From Octopus sinensis (Eukaryota): DNA of 64,000 nt. Shown piece after piece: positions 25,343-39,413 of this stretch. Made by a program: the position numbers and the translations under genes. Position 1 is the first letter of the stretch; each line of letters opens with the position of its first letter. The stretch is from NCBI RefSeq assembly GCF_006345805.1, contig NC_043010.1, positions 620,001 through 684,000 on the forward strand. The letters run 5' to 3'. The notes under the pieces are model-generated. The model was not told the origin of the DNA. It did no database searches and saw only the letters and a program-made list of their open reading frames with translations.

Positions 25343-25358
25343 GGTGATGATGATGATG

Positions 25359-25404
<46 letters not shown>

Positions 25405-25471
25405 GTTGTTGAAAGTGGTTGAATATTTCTGTTTGTCTCTGTCTTTCTCTGTCTGACTGTCTGTCTGTCTG

Positions 25472-25535
<64 letters not shown>

Positions 25536-27287
25536 ACACACACACAAGCACACGCACATATGTGTGCACATATATATACGTGTCTGTGTATGTGTGTATT
25601 TATAATGGATGTATTTGTCCATCCATCCATCCATCCATCCTGTTTTCCTTGGCGCACATTTGAACGGGATGCCGGTTACTTGCAAGTATCAAGGCCAGCA
25701 ACTTTAATGGGAAGGGACAAACCGACCGCAAAGAATGAAAGGCAACGTCGACGACAGGTGGAATCTTAAGATCCAGGAAAAAAGTACAGCAAAGCATTTT
25801 GTCCTATGTGCTAAAAGTTCTACCAGATCCCTACCTTATATGCATATATACTTCTACGTCTATAAGTTTGTGTATATGTGTATGTGTGTATGCTTATGCC
25901 GTCTAAGTATGTGTCTGGCTGTGTGTGCCTATGACAAGGTCCAGCGTTCTCGCTAGACGTTGCTTGGTCGATTTTCATCAATTTCCGATATATATATATA
26001 TATATATATATATAGTGTTTTTAAACACAGCACGTCCATAAAAGATATAGACAAATTCCGTTGTAAATTTGCCTATTTAATGCTTATTTTATTTGATGTG
26101 TGTGTGTGCGTGCGTTTATCTCGTCCAAGTATGTGGCTGGTAGTGAGTAGGCACCAATGACAATGTCCAACATAGTCGCTAGCTGTTGTTTGGTCAATTT
26201 TTTTCCCCTCCGATTTATATATTGTATTTTTAAACACAGCACGTCCATATAAGATATTATCCCTGGACGAATATTTTGCCTACAAAATATACTACTTACA
26301 TAGCTATTTATGCTTATGTTTATAGATATGTATGTGTATGCGACCGGGTTCTACCGGGTTTCCGTCTACTGAATATTATCCAAAATTTATTGTATAAGCA
26401 GAGGTTATTGTTGATGCTACTTACAACGAAACCGAACCCGAAAACAGGTGGTTGCGATGCACACTTCTTAACTACAGTCATATCTGCCCCTCTTTTCTTT
26501 CTTTGCTTGTATTTATGTATGTGTTCATATATGTGTGCGTATATATATATGTATGTATGTATGTATGTAAGTACGTATGTATATATACATGTATCTTTGT
26601 ATGTGTGTATGTATGTGTATATGTATATATGTATATATTTGTGCGTGTGTATATGTGTGTGTATATATATGAATGTATATATGTATGTATAAATACATAG
26701 ATACATGCATATACACACATAGGCACACACACACTCACATACACAAACACACACATACACCCCCCATATATATATATATATGAGTGCTTGTACTTACATA
26801 TAATACACATGTATAAAAACATATGTGTGTATATATATATACACACACACGCTAACAATTTGCATGTGTGTGTATACGTATGCGTATGTATGTGCGTTGT
26901 GCGTGTGTGGGAAAGTATGCGTTTTAGAAAACATTCCAAACAAAACAAAAACAGAAACGAAAAGAAAGAAAGAAAGAAAGAAGGGAAAGCAGAAAGACAG
27001 AATTGCAAAGAAAAAAGAACTTCTTTGGCCTTTCTTTTCGACTTGGAGCCAGTTGCCAAAAATGTGCCCATCACTCAACAAAATGGTCATGTTTGTATAG
27101 CCTAATCCCAAACTACTCAGTCTTGCATGCCAAATTCTTCCTCATTGACTCCCTCCCCCCACCCACCCAGTTCTCTCCCTCTCTCCTCATTTTTCACTGC
27201 TAACATGCCACCATAATTCTTTCTCTTGCATTAGGAATGGTTTGAAAGCAGGAAATGATAATAAAATATTAATAGATTAAAATAGTA

Positions 27288-27321
<34 letters not shown>

Positions 27322-27396
27322 CACACACACACACACACACACATAAGTTTATGCATGTGCATATATATATATATATATATATACATGTCCCATATG

Positions 27397-27428
<32 letters not shown>

Positions 27429-27546
27429 TGTATGTATGTTTGTATGTATGTATGTATGTATGTATGTATGCATGCATGTATGTATGTATGTATGTATGTA
27501 TGTGTATATATATAAATGTATACATAAATATAAATATATATATATA

Positions 27547-27945
27547 CTCTTTACTCTTTTACTCTTTTACTTGTTTCAGTCATTTCACTGCGGTCATGCT
27601 GGAGCACCGCCTTTAATCGAGCAACTCGACCCCAGGACTTATTCTTTGTAAGCCCAGTACTTATTCTATCGGTCTCTTTTGCCGAACCGCTAAGTGACGG
27701 GGATGTAAACACACCAGCATCGGTTGTCAAGCAATGCTAGGGGGACAAACATAGACACACAAACACACATATATATATACATATATACGACAGGCTTCTT
27801 TCAGTTTCCGTCTACCAAATCCACTCACAAGGCATTGGTCAACCCAAGGCTATAGCAGAAGACACTTGCCCAAGATTCCACGCAGTGGGACTGAACTCGG
27901 AACCATGTGGTTGGTTAGCAAGCTACTTACCACACAGCCACATGC
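27547..27945 (-). mobile_element. Family-B SINE
   Basis: Reverse complement of 14789-15202. Confidence 0.9.
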
Positions 27946-28305
27946 ATGCATATATATATATACATGCATACATAAATATATATATATATATAATATATAT
28001 ACACACACACTTTGCATACGTGCATATGTATTTATGTATGGACGTTCGTATATGTAAGTATATCGTTTGTTCTGCATATATATATATATCTGTATTTATG
28101 TACTCTTGATATATTCAACCGATGACGGTAAAGCTTATTTAAAGCAAAACCAGAAATCCTGGATCTTGAATTATTCAATAATTTTTGCTTGTATATTTTG
28201 TCCCTCTGTCTTATCTCATGGTGCGACACGAACCCTTAATGTGGTTATTATAGTCAGAGTTTCGACTGCTATTTCGGCATGTTGGTGTCTCTTAGACACC
28301 CTCAT

Positions 28306-28337
<32 letters not shown>

Positions 28338-28369
28338 GTGTATATATCTTGACACAAACGTAAACATAC

Positions 28370-28530
28370 GAGAGCCTCCACATTGTTTCCGTCAATGAAA
28401 TTCACTCACAAGACACAAGGCATCAGTCGGCCTGGGGTTATAGTAGAAGATACCTGCCCAAGGTGCCGCGCTGTAGGACTGAAACCCAAACCATGTGGTT
28501 GCAATTAAAGCTTCTTAATCACAACAATGC
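28370..28530 (-). mobile_element. Family-B SINE 5' part
   Basis: Degenerate match to the head and core. Confidence 0.7.
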
Positions 28531-28607
28531 CGGCACCTACAGCTATTCTTACAACTATAAGCCATGCCTGGTCACCAATATAATCAAACACACATACCTA
28601 AATACAA

Positions 28608-28642
<35 letters not shown>

Positions 28643-29256
28643 AAACTTCAAGTGTTTCGATATCATTAGTTACCAAAATCTGCCAGACAAAGATAACTGA
28701 AAGTATGTACCTAAATATGAAGACACGGGGTACGTGAGCAGATGCATGCATATATGTAAAAGGTACGTAGACTATTTGATTGCATTCAAGACGCATGGGC
28801 ATTTTAGGTGCATCGCAATTTCAACAGCGTATATTTAATTTTTTTTGAATGCTTTTAGTACATTAAAGGTTATGGGAGGTCCATCATCACATGTAGGAGG
28901 GGAGCCGGGGGGGGGGGGTGAATTTATTTTGAGCTTTTTTTTTTGAAAAGTTAATATGTCAAACGTGTTTCTTGTATACCATCAAATACAGTGCATACAT
29001 AGGCATATTCGCACATGCTATATTTTCCAGCAACAAGACCACGCAGAGTAAACATTCAAATATCGTTGCTATCTTTTCAAATCCTGCTACATTTCACAGA
29101 GAAGTTTTGATCCTCCAAAGTCATCTTGATGTATAAGTCAACCTAACTTTTAATGAGAGTAAATTTTGCCATGAAAATTTCGATTTGTACACCTGAAAAT
29201 ACGGTACATACATTGATACATACATACATACATACATGCATACAAAAATACGAACG

Positions 29257-29371
<115 letters not shown>

Positions 29372-29479
29372 CATACATATATACATAAATACATATATAC
29401 ACACTCATATAAATATATATATGCATAAATGCATATATATATTGAGGGTGATGACTCACAGAAATCCTAGTGGAACCTG

Positions 29480-29860
29480 AAAATAAAAAACTGCCGCCAA
29501 ATTAAAACACAACCGGCCGGATATTGTTGTTTGGGAACGCACATTAAAAGACCTGCTGTGTAGTAGAAATCAGCTGCCCACTTGATGTCAGTGTGTTGAG
29601 AAAAATGCAAGAGAAGGAAAATACTTACGGACCATGGACAAGAAGTTTGCAGATCCAGTATTCCAGATACACGTTCATCTTCATACTTGCTATTGTTGGA
29701 GTTACAGCAGATATACAAACCAAAGTATAATTAAACTTGATTTGTGAAGGGAGAACGAAGCTTCTAAATTCGTAAGCTACAAATGGTTGCAATATCTGCA
29801 AACTTCAAAATCTGTTAAATGTTCTTACGATTCAGAGAAGGATTAACACTTATAAAAAAA
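29480..29860 (+). pseudogene. Decayed RLE-domain fragment of a third non-LTR lineage
   Basis: Broken translation KHNRPDIVVWER...VVEISCPLDV...KMQEKENTYGP...LQIQY...IVGV, with frameshifts. Confidence 0.7.
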
Positions 29861-30047
29861 GACGATGACAATTTCCTCTCCTTTACAACATTGTAACCGG
29901 GAAGGGGTCAAAATGTATAAAGTAAATATTAAAAACAAGCAGAAGGAAAACTGGACCAATTCATTGAGAAGATAGCACATGGGTACTTGACACGACCTTG
30001 CTACCATGTAGGTGTCAGGTCAAGATTTACTCTAAAATTAAAGAAAG

Positions 30048-30085
<38 letters not shown>

Positions 30086-30139
30086 GAGAGAGAGAGCGGA
30101 AAGAATTAGTCAGAAATCAAATGTAGCGACATTTACGAG

Positions 30140-31347
30140 CTTACACTAATATGCGTAAGCACTGATAATTGTTTGCATATGAGGACAACATACGCTCTGT
30201 TTACATCGCAAGTTGTGAAATTTGTGATCACGTGTATGCTATAGTCTGCGATTTTGTAACGGACAGGAAGTTGGAAGAAAGAGCCAACGTGAAATTTTGC
30301 GATGAACTTGGGAAGTCTGCTACAGAGGAGACATTTAGCATGCTTACGGCGACGAGGCAACGGATCGTACCCAATGTTTCGAGTGGCACAGGCGCTTCGA
30401 AAGCGGAAGAACGTTCCTGGAAGACGATGAGTGAACTGGAAATCCTGCTACGAGCGTCCTCCCCTGAAATGTAGAGAAAATTCATCAACTTGTGAATGAG
30501 GATCGCTGGAGGAGAACCAACAACATTACTGATGTTGATATATCGTATGGGTTCGTGCAGGCAATTCTAACAAATTCTCAATTGAACATATTGCATGTCT
30601 CTACTAAGTTTGCACCCCGCCCGCTAACCACTGAGCAGAAAGATCATCGCGTCGATATCTGTCCAGATCTCCGTCACTGTGCCGCTGATGACCCATCCTT
30701 CATGTCGAGGATCATCACCGGTACGAGAGTTGGGACTACGGGAACGATCCTGAGACGAAGCAGCAGTCGTCACAATGGAAGCGCCCTTCATCTCCACGAC
30801 CGAAGAAGGCACGACAGAACAGCAACTCAATCAAGAGCATACTCATCGCTTTCTTCGAAATCTGCGGTATTGTGCATCGAGAGTTTGTACCGTCAATTGA
30901 AAGTTCTGCGATGTTTTGAAGCGTTCGAGGGAGGACATTCGGTGAAAGTGTCCGGATCTTTGGAGCGCGAAGAATTCAATTCTTCACGACGACATTGCAC
31001 TCTGTCACCGCGCTCCCCTCACTCGTGAGCTCCTCGCCAAAAACAACATGGTATCGCTTCTACACGCGCCTTATTCGTCAGATTTAGTACCTGCAGACTT
31101 CCATCACGTCCCCAAGTTGCAAATACAGCTCAAAGGTCGCCGTTTTAACACTGTTGTCGAGATCCAGAGCAAATCACGGAAGGTCCCCGGTTCGCTTACG
31201 GAAAACGACTTATAGGACGGATTCGAAAAATAGTAGGAACTCTGGGACCGGTGTATTACTGCGTAAGGTGACTATTTCCAAGGAGATGATGCCAAAACTC
31301 AGATAAATAATTTATTTTTTTGATAAACACAACTAGTCCGGGGACTT

Positions 31348-31349
<2 letters not shown>
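30140..31349 (+). mobile_element. Near full-length decayed mariner element
   Basis: ERANVKFC..LGKSATE, CFEWHRRF, FAPRPLTTEQKDHRV, RIITG, PYSSDLVPADF, LKGRRF, GDYFQGD, with many frameshifts. Confidence 0.88.
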
Positions 31350-31382
<33 letters not shown>

Positions 31383-31389
31383 GAAATAT

Positions 31390-31620
31390 TAAATTACTAA
31401 GTCTCTCTAAAGGAGATTACGGCAGCGTTACTGGAAATTAATAGTTATCGCCATACTAATATGGCAATCTTATAAATATAAGACTAAAGCTGTCGCTGAT
31501 TAGCTCCAAGAGGCCACCGCCTCAAGCTAGCTATTTGACACACAATCTGCGTCCATTATAAACTTTCGAACAGACATCCTGAAAAGTTTGTATTGGAGCT
31601 TCCGGTGCGAATGCAAGGCA
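31390..31620 (+). mobile_element. Diverged single copy of the 40.4-kb arm family, next to (TA)n
   Basis: gccatactaatatggc..tagctccaagag..aagctagct..atctgcgtc matches 40474-40578. Confidence 0.55.
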
Positions 31621-32198
31621 GCACAGCATGTCATTTCCAAATTTCTGGCAAAGTGAATTGCGTCATGGTGCTGTTTTTCTTACATACGGTGCCCAACTAA
31701 CCCTACTATACTGTGTAGTCGATAAAATCAAAACAAACAATGTGTATGCGTGAAATTAAAAATATAAAATGGCGTCAATTTACCCATCGCACCCTGTGTA
31801 TATATGTAGATACCCATATATGCATATACATACATAAATATACACATGCATACATACATACAAACTTACATATATGCTTGTGTGTGTTCATATATATATA
31901 TCTACGCAATGTTAGTATACATAATAAGTATTTTGACCCCTCCCTCGCTGTCCTTTAAGAAGCTACAACGATTCTTCTGGATATTGGCCAACTATAATCT
32001 TCAATGGAAAATTCTTTCTTCGCAAACAATATTGACACTTAGTCAATCAATGCTGATTGCTTCCAAAATTTCGTTTCTCCCTCTCTCTCTCTCTCTCTCT
32101 CTGTCTTTCTCTTATTCTTTGTTTGCTTCTTTCCTTCCTTCTTTCTTTCCTTCTTTCTTTCCTTCTTTCTTTCTTTCCTTCTTTCTTTCTTTCTTTCT

Positions 32199-32237
<39 letters not shown>

Positions 32238-32574
32238 CTCTCTCTCTCTCTCTGTTTCTCTCTCTCTCTCGCTCTTGCTCTTTGTCTACTTCCTCACATT
32301 TTTACTGTCTTTCCTTCCGTGTTTACTTAACATTTCAAAAACAACAATACACACGCAGTCCTGTGCATTTGTGTGTGTGTATGTGTGTGTGTGTGTGTGT
32401 GTATGCGCGCGCGCGTGGACACATACATACACGGACACACATACACAGGTCTATAATTTAACTGTAACGTTCCATAAGGTGGCTCGGAGGTTGAACGTTT
32501 CTTCCATTGCACTTATTAAACTTTCGGTTTTGAACCATTTTTGTGATTTTAGAGCCGAATAATAATATATTCGT

Positions 32575-32756
32575 TCCTTTATTCTTTTATTCTTTCCCTT
32601 GAACAAATCAACCCCAGGACTTATTCTTTGTAAACTTAGAACTTATTCTATCGGTTTCTTTTACCGAACCGCTAAGTTACGGGGACGTAAACACATCAAA
32701 AGCGATGGTGGAAGGGACAAACACAGACACACGAACATATACATACATTGAGATAT

Positions 32757-32788
<32 letters not shown>

Positions 32789-32951
32789 CGACAGGTTTCT
32801 TTCAGTTTCCGTCTACCAAATCTACTCACAAGGCTCTGGTCAGCCCGAGGCTATAGCAGAAGACACTTGCCCATAGAGCCACGCAGTGGCACTGAGCCCG
32901 GAACCACGTGGTTGGGAAGCAAGCTTCTTACCACACAGTCACGCCTGCGCC
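32575..32951 (-). mobile_element. Family-B SINE
   Basis: Reverse-complement match. Confidence 0.88.
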
Positions 32952-33149
32952 TATGTCTATATATATATATAAAGTAGGCAGAAAATGGAGAAATATTGAT
33001 CAACAACAATTGACTTACATCAATTATTACTTTTTAATTCAATACAAATAGACTGTCTCCCATGTAACAGCTGTTTCTGCTTCCAGTGTTACATGGTATT
33101 GCGATTGAAAAGTTTAAAACTAATATTCATCATGTTAGCGACACGTAAG

Positions 33150-34620
33150 GAAAATGGTATGATTTAAATATGTTAAGCATTTCATCTTCCTCTCGAGGCT
33201 CTTCTTTTCTTTTACGTATGTATTTTTCTTCGCCCTGATAAAGCTCCATATTTCCAATTCGGATGTATTACCAAATATGATGAATATTATTTAAAAAATT
33301 TTCAATGTCAATTTTATTTTTCCCAATCTGCGAAAGACCCACATCTGAAATACATTTGTCCTTTTTGTTCAACTTTCAGTTCCGTAGAGGACTTTTGGCA
33401 AAATATAACAAGTTAGCCATTATGTTTGATGCAGTGTGATGTCTTTTGAGGTGAAAATTCCTTTCACTTTTATAAATGTAGTTTTAGTGTTATTTACTTC
33501 TTTGAATAACTTCTTCACAGCAATCTTCCTGGTTTATTATTTTTCCTAAATACTTGAATTTTCTTTTTATATTTCTTCAAGCTTCTGTTCATCTTCCTTT
33601 GTATTTGCTTCCGTTTGTTTTGTCTTACCAATAACCATTGTCTTTGTCTTTTTGCATTCATATTCAGGCTATTATTGCCACTTCGTTCTTTTATAACAAT
33701 TTCTTGTAATTTCTTATTTTTGTCTGTCAGTAACGCTGTATCATCAGAATATCTTGTATTGTCAATGTCCATGCCATTGACTGAGAACTCTTTTATCTCG
33801 TTTGATTCTGTGAATATATATTCAGTTTATGATTATACACTCAGTGTGTGTTATATTCAGTGTATGTGTGGTTATAATATAATCCTTGTCTTACACCGCT
33901 TTTGATCTCTGCTAATTTTGACAATTCCTGGTCTATTTTGATGGCTACCTTTTTGGTTTCAATACAACACAAAGGATTCTGATGGCCTTTCCTTCTTAGC
34001 CGGCTTTATCTAAAGAGGAGAAGAGATTTCCCTAGTATACGTGGTCAAATGCCTTCGCATAATCTATGAAGCAAGCAAAAAGATATTTTAGTATTGGCAT
34101 TTACTTTTGTGCGGACTCTAGTCGTAGAATATGACATTGCATGCACCTCTGTTGGCTCTAAATCCAAACTATTCCTCACTGACTTCTGCAGTTATTTTGC
34201 ATTTTTATTCTTTATAATATCGTTGTAAGAAATATTTTAAGAGTATAAGTTATGAAATTGATAGTCCTGAAGTCACTCAATGACCTTTGGGTTTTACGGC
34301 AGCTGATAAATACCAATGTTTTGAATTCTCCAGGAGGATATCCAGATTCATCGATATCATTGAAAAGATCTGTTTTTCAATGTCGTAATCATCTGGTACT
34401 TCTAACATCTCATATATTATTGGAGCATTTACCTTATCTCATCTTTTTGATGAGTTCCATCTCAGACTTTAAAATCTTAGGTCAGTTAAGCTGGATGGTA
34501 AATGCGTTTCGGGTCTCTCATCCTCAAATATCTCTCCTATGTATTTTGACTGTGTTTTCATGATCTCTTTTCAAAAAGCAGTTTTCCTTCTTCACTTTCA
34601 ACACATTCCACTTTGAAGAT
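33150..34620 (-). pseudogene. Decayed RTE-clade LINE reverse transcriptase
   Basis: Minus-strand fragments: FGFRAN, FACFIDYAKAFD, RYSDDTALL, VLYGTESW, MWVFRRL. Many stops and frameshifts. Confidence 0.85.
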
Positions 34621-34899
34621 TATTCGTTCACTCTCTGTCTGTCGGCGAGATAAAATATCAGCCAGGAACAGGATTCGTTCTCAAACGACTACATTTTCCC
34701 ACCTATATGTGGGGGTATGTTATTATTTCGCAAAACAGTAATTAAAACCGAATAAAAGAATGTGGTACTAAATGCCTTACAGAGATTCGTACCGGTGTTT
34801 CTAGTCAAAATATCGATAATGGTCTTTAAAATTCCTTCCTTTTGGGGTCCGTTTAAATAGATAGGTGTCGTATACTGATCAATATCTCTCTCTTTTTTT

Positions 34900-35265
34900 A
34901 TGTTTTACTTGTTTTAATCATTGGATTGCTGGGGAACCGCCTTAAGTGAGTTAGTCGAACGAATCGCTGCAGCTACTTATATATAAGTCCGGTACTTTAA
35001 AGTCTTAGATCTCTTTTGCTGAACTGCTAAGTTAGAGGGACTAAACAAACCAACACTGGTTGGTATGTGGGAGACAAACACAAAGACACACACACACACA
35101 TATTCGACGGGCTTTGACATAATTTCCGTCTACTAAATCCACTCAACAGGCATTCGTTTCCTCGTGGTTATAGTAGAAGACACATAACCAAGCTGCCGCG
35201 CAGTGGTACTGAACCCTAAACCACGTAGTTGCAAAGCGAGCTTCTTAACCACACAGCCATGCCTA
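34900..35265 (-). mobile_element. Family-B SINE, older
   Basis: Reverse-complement match. Confidence 0.8.
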
Positions 35266-35689
35266 TTATGGAGCTTGTAATTGTGCTGGAGATGTGGATA
35301 TTTATTTTTCTCCAGAGAAATTAAAATCCATTAACTTTTTACCATTCCCAATGAAAAGATTTTCGCTTCAAATGAACTAGTGAGTTTCTAGGATGTGCTG
35401 GTACTTAGAAATAACAGCCAAATCTCGCCTCCTTAAATCACATCATATTATTGTGTAAGAAAGCGACATTGAACAAAGTAGTTCTAGATGTAGTGAATTT
35501 GGTAAAATAAATAAATAAATAACTAATTAAATAAGTAAAACAAAACAGATGGTCACTTTTGCAGCACTTTTGATTATGGGTTTGCTCGATCAGGGCTGAA
35601 GAATGGGGAAGAGAAGGATAAGGACGATGACGATGTTCGTAATGAAGATGATGATGACAACAACTATGATGGTGGCGACGTCAAGTGAT

Positions 35690-36085
35690 GACGACGAGCT
35701 GGCAAAATCGTTAGCACGCCGGGCGAAATGCGTAGCCGTATTTCGTCTGCCGTTACGTTCTGAGTTCAAATTCCACCGAGGTTGACTTTGCCTTTCGTCC
35801 TTTTGGGATCGATTAAATAAGTTCTAGTTACGCACTGGGATCGATATAATCGACTTAATCCGTTTGTCTGTCCTTGTTTGTCCCCTCTGTGTTTAGCCCT
35901 TGTGGGTAGTAAAGAAATAGGTATTTCGTCTGCCATTACGTTCTGAGTTCAAATTCCGCCGAGGTTGACTTTACCTTTCGTCCTTTCGGGGTCGATAAAC
36001 TAAGTACCAGTTGCGTACTGGAGTCGATCTAATCGACTGGGCCCCTCCCCAAAAACTTATGGCTTTGTGCCTAGAGTAGAAAAAA
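35690..36085 (+). mobile_element. tRNA-derived SINE family A, dimeric form
   Basis: Head GAGCTGGCAAAATCGTTAGC, B-box GAGTTCAAATTCC; the B-box/core block is present twice. Confidence 0.9.
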
Positions 36086-36389
36086 ATAACGATGATAATG
36101 ATGATGATGTCGATAATAGTACGACGACAAGAATGATGTTGATGATATTGACAACAATGACGACGACGTGGGCGAAGATGATGATGATAATAACGACGAC
36201 GATGATGACGACTATGATGATGATGACGATGACGACTATGATGATGATGTTGACGATTATACCAGGTTGGCAGATTCTATCTCCATATTACATCATTAAT
36301 TTGATACTTGTCCAATCATTGCTGAATTGTTTATTCTTTATTTTCACATATAAGATAGGAACATAAATTGTTTATCCCTTTTTTTTATA

Positions 36390-36990
36390 GCTTTGAGTGG
36401 TGAAAAAATTGCAATTCAAGTCTGTGGGAAAAGAGGACTACAAAGGTAGCGGCCAAACCAAAAAAAAAAATTTATGATGTGGAAGGCCCAGGAACTCGAC
36501 GAACGTTTGGCACAAAAGTGGTTCGGACGTTTCAAGGAACGTGACATTGGCTTCGAAGACAAACCATGGTTAGGGAGACCTTCTGTTGTGGAAATTGGGG
36601 CCTTGCTTGAAATAGTTGAACAATGGCATAGCACAAGCACTCATACATTGTCGGCGGACCTTGGTACTTCACAAAGCATCATCCATCGACACCTCTTTAA
36701 ACCCGGCTTTGTAAACAAACGTTGTCGAGCATCTCTGCATGAATTGACCATTGACCAGGCTCACCGACATGTGAGAATTTTCAAACAACTGCTGGCAAGT
36801 CCTGCTCTTCCCATCTTTGGCGTCGAATTGTAACTGGAGATGAAAAAGGAATCTATTTTCCTAATCTCAATAAGAAAAATCAGTGGCTTCGTTCCAGGCA
36901 AGCTTTAGAACTTGTGGTGAAACAAGGGCGGTTTGAACAGAAGGTTATGCTGTGTGTTTGGTGGAAATGCTTGCTGCAGATGGTTATTCT
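36390..36990 (+). mobile_element. Mariner N-terminal fragment ending at a family-B SINE
   Basis: AQKWFGRFKERDIGFEDKPWLGRPSVV, VTGDEK, KVMLCVWW. Confidence 0.8.
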
Positions 36991-36996
36991 GCATGA

Positions 36997-37380
36997 CGAG
37001 GAGTGGCTGTGTGGTAAGTAGCTTGTTTACCAACCACATGGCTCCGGGTTCAGTCCTACTGCGTGGCACCTTGGGCAAGTGTCTTCTACTACAGCCTCGG
37101 GCCGACCAAAGCATTGTGAGTGAATTTGGTAGCCGGAAACTGAAAGAAGCCCATCGTATATGTGTGTGTGTGTGTGTGTGTTTTGCCCCCCCCACCATCG
37201 CTTGACAACCGATGGTGATTTGTTCACGTCCCCGTAAGTTAGCGGTTCGGCAAAAGAGACCGATAGAATAAGTACTAGGCTTACAAAGAATAAGGTCCTG
37301 GGATCGATTTGTTCGACTAAAGGCGGCGCCCCAGCATGGCCGCAGTCAAATGACTGAAACAAGTAAAGAATAAAAGAATA
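36997..37380 (+). mobile_element. Family-B SINE
   Basis: Near-full match to 14789-15202. Confidence 0.9.
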
Positions 37381-37759
37381 TGATGCTTTGAAAACCGATT
37401 ATCTGGCTTTCAAAGCACTCCGACATTATGACAACGTTCCAGCGCACACTGATTACAACCCCCTCCGATCAGATTACAATCCCCCCATCCTGAGCTATGG
37501 TATGTTCCCCACACGGATGGAGGTCCAACAAAGTGGATGAGGTTGAAAACGAGTGCTGGGGGTCATTTTGCCCCTAGAGTCTAGTGCTATAAGCGTAGAA
37601 TCGACAACAGACAATAGGACCTGATGGGACATATATACATTGATGAATCCACACTTTGCAGATGTAATTAGTTTGAGCTGTTAATGAAAGCTTGAAGAAC
37701 CTTTCAACCTGGTAATGATGATGACAACGACGTGGACTATAATGATTGTGATGATGATG

Positions 37760-37862
37760 ATGAGGAGGAGGAGGAGGAGGAGGAGGATTGTGATGATGAT
37801 GATGACTCGGCGACGACGACAACAACGACATGGACTATGATGATTATGTTAACAGCGACGAC

Positions 37863-37895
<33 letters not shown>

Positions 37896-37976
37896 ATGAT
37901 GATGATGATGATTATGTTAACGGCGACGGCGACGACGATGATGATGATGATGATGATGATGATGATAATGATGATA

Positions 37977-38011
<35 letters not shown>

Positions 38012-38288
38012 AATGATGATTATGATGACGATGATGACGATGATGACGATGATGATTATGATGATGATGTTAACGGCGACGACGATGATGATGATGATGA
38101 TAATAATAATAATGATGATGATGATGATAATGATGATGATGATTATGATGATGACGATGATGACGATGATGACGATGATGACGATGATGACGATGATGAT
38201 GATGATGATGATGATGATTATGATAATGCTTATGATGATGATGATGATGATGATGATGATTATGATGATGATGATTATGATGACGATT

Positions 38289-38343
<55 letters not shown>

Positions 38344-38512
38344 CGATGATGATAATAATAATAATGATGATGATGATGATAATGATGATGATGATTATGA
38401 TGATGACGATGATGATGATGATAATAATAATAATGATGATGATGATGATAATGATGATGATGATTATGATGATGACGATGATGACGATGATGACGATGAT
38501 GACGATGATGAC

Positions 38513-38545
<33 letters not shown>

Positions 38546-38595
38546 AATGCTTATGATGATGATGATGATGATGATATGATTATTATGATAATGTT

Positions 38596-38628
<33 letters not shown>

Positions 38629-38640
38629 TATATGATGATT

Positions 38641-38683
<43 letters not shown>

Positions 38684-38777
38684 CGATGATGACGATGATG
38701 ATGATGATGATTGATGTTGATGATGATGATGATTGATGATGATGATGATGATGATTTTATGATAATGATTATGATGA

Positions 38778-38812
<35 letters not shown>

Positions 38813-39144
38813 GATGATGACGACGACGATGATTATGATTAATGCTTATGATGATGATGATGATGATGATGGATGATTATGATAATGTTATGATGATGAT
38901 GATGAGGATGCTGATGATTATGATGATTATGATGATGATTATGATAATGATTATGATGATGATGATGATGATGATGATGATGCATGATTATTATGATAAT
39001 GATTATGATGATGATGATGATGATATGATGATGATGATGATGTTGATTATGATGATGATGATTATGATAATGCTTATGATGTGATGATGATGATGATTGA
39101 TGATGATGATGATGAGATGATTGATGATGATGACGATGATGATT

Positions 39145-39189
<45 letters not shown>

Positions 39190-39260
39190 TTGATGATGAT
39201 ATGTTGATGATGATGATGATGATGACGATGATGATGATGACGATGATGACGATGATGATT

Positions 39261-39291
<31 letters not shown>

Positions 39292-39358
39292 CGATGATGA
39301 TGATGATGATGTTGATGATGATGATGATGATGATGATGATGACGATGATGACGATGAC

Positions 39359-39413
<55 letters not shown>

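Noticed and set aside
28230-28300. PLE/hammerhead-like GAAA motifs (minus strand)
   Set aside because: No recognisable CUGANGA core; only a small GGTGTC/GACACC hairpin.
29454-29490. 17-nt AG/GT-bounded micro-exon (minus strand)
   Set aside because: It lies at the edge of a LINE remnant, and such short matches arise by chance.
37395-37460. LRHYDNVPAHT as a continuation of the 36.4-kb mariner past the SINE
   Set aside because: A single short motif, with no supporting sequence on either side.
37830-38579. 249-aa poly-Met ORF
   Set aside because: A (GAT)n artefact. The same applies to the many YI/CV/HT/MYVC ORFs across the window.
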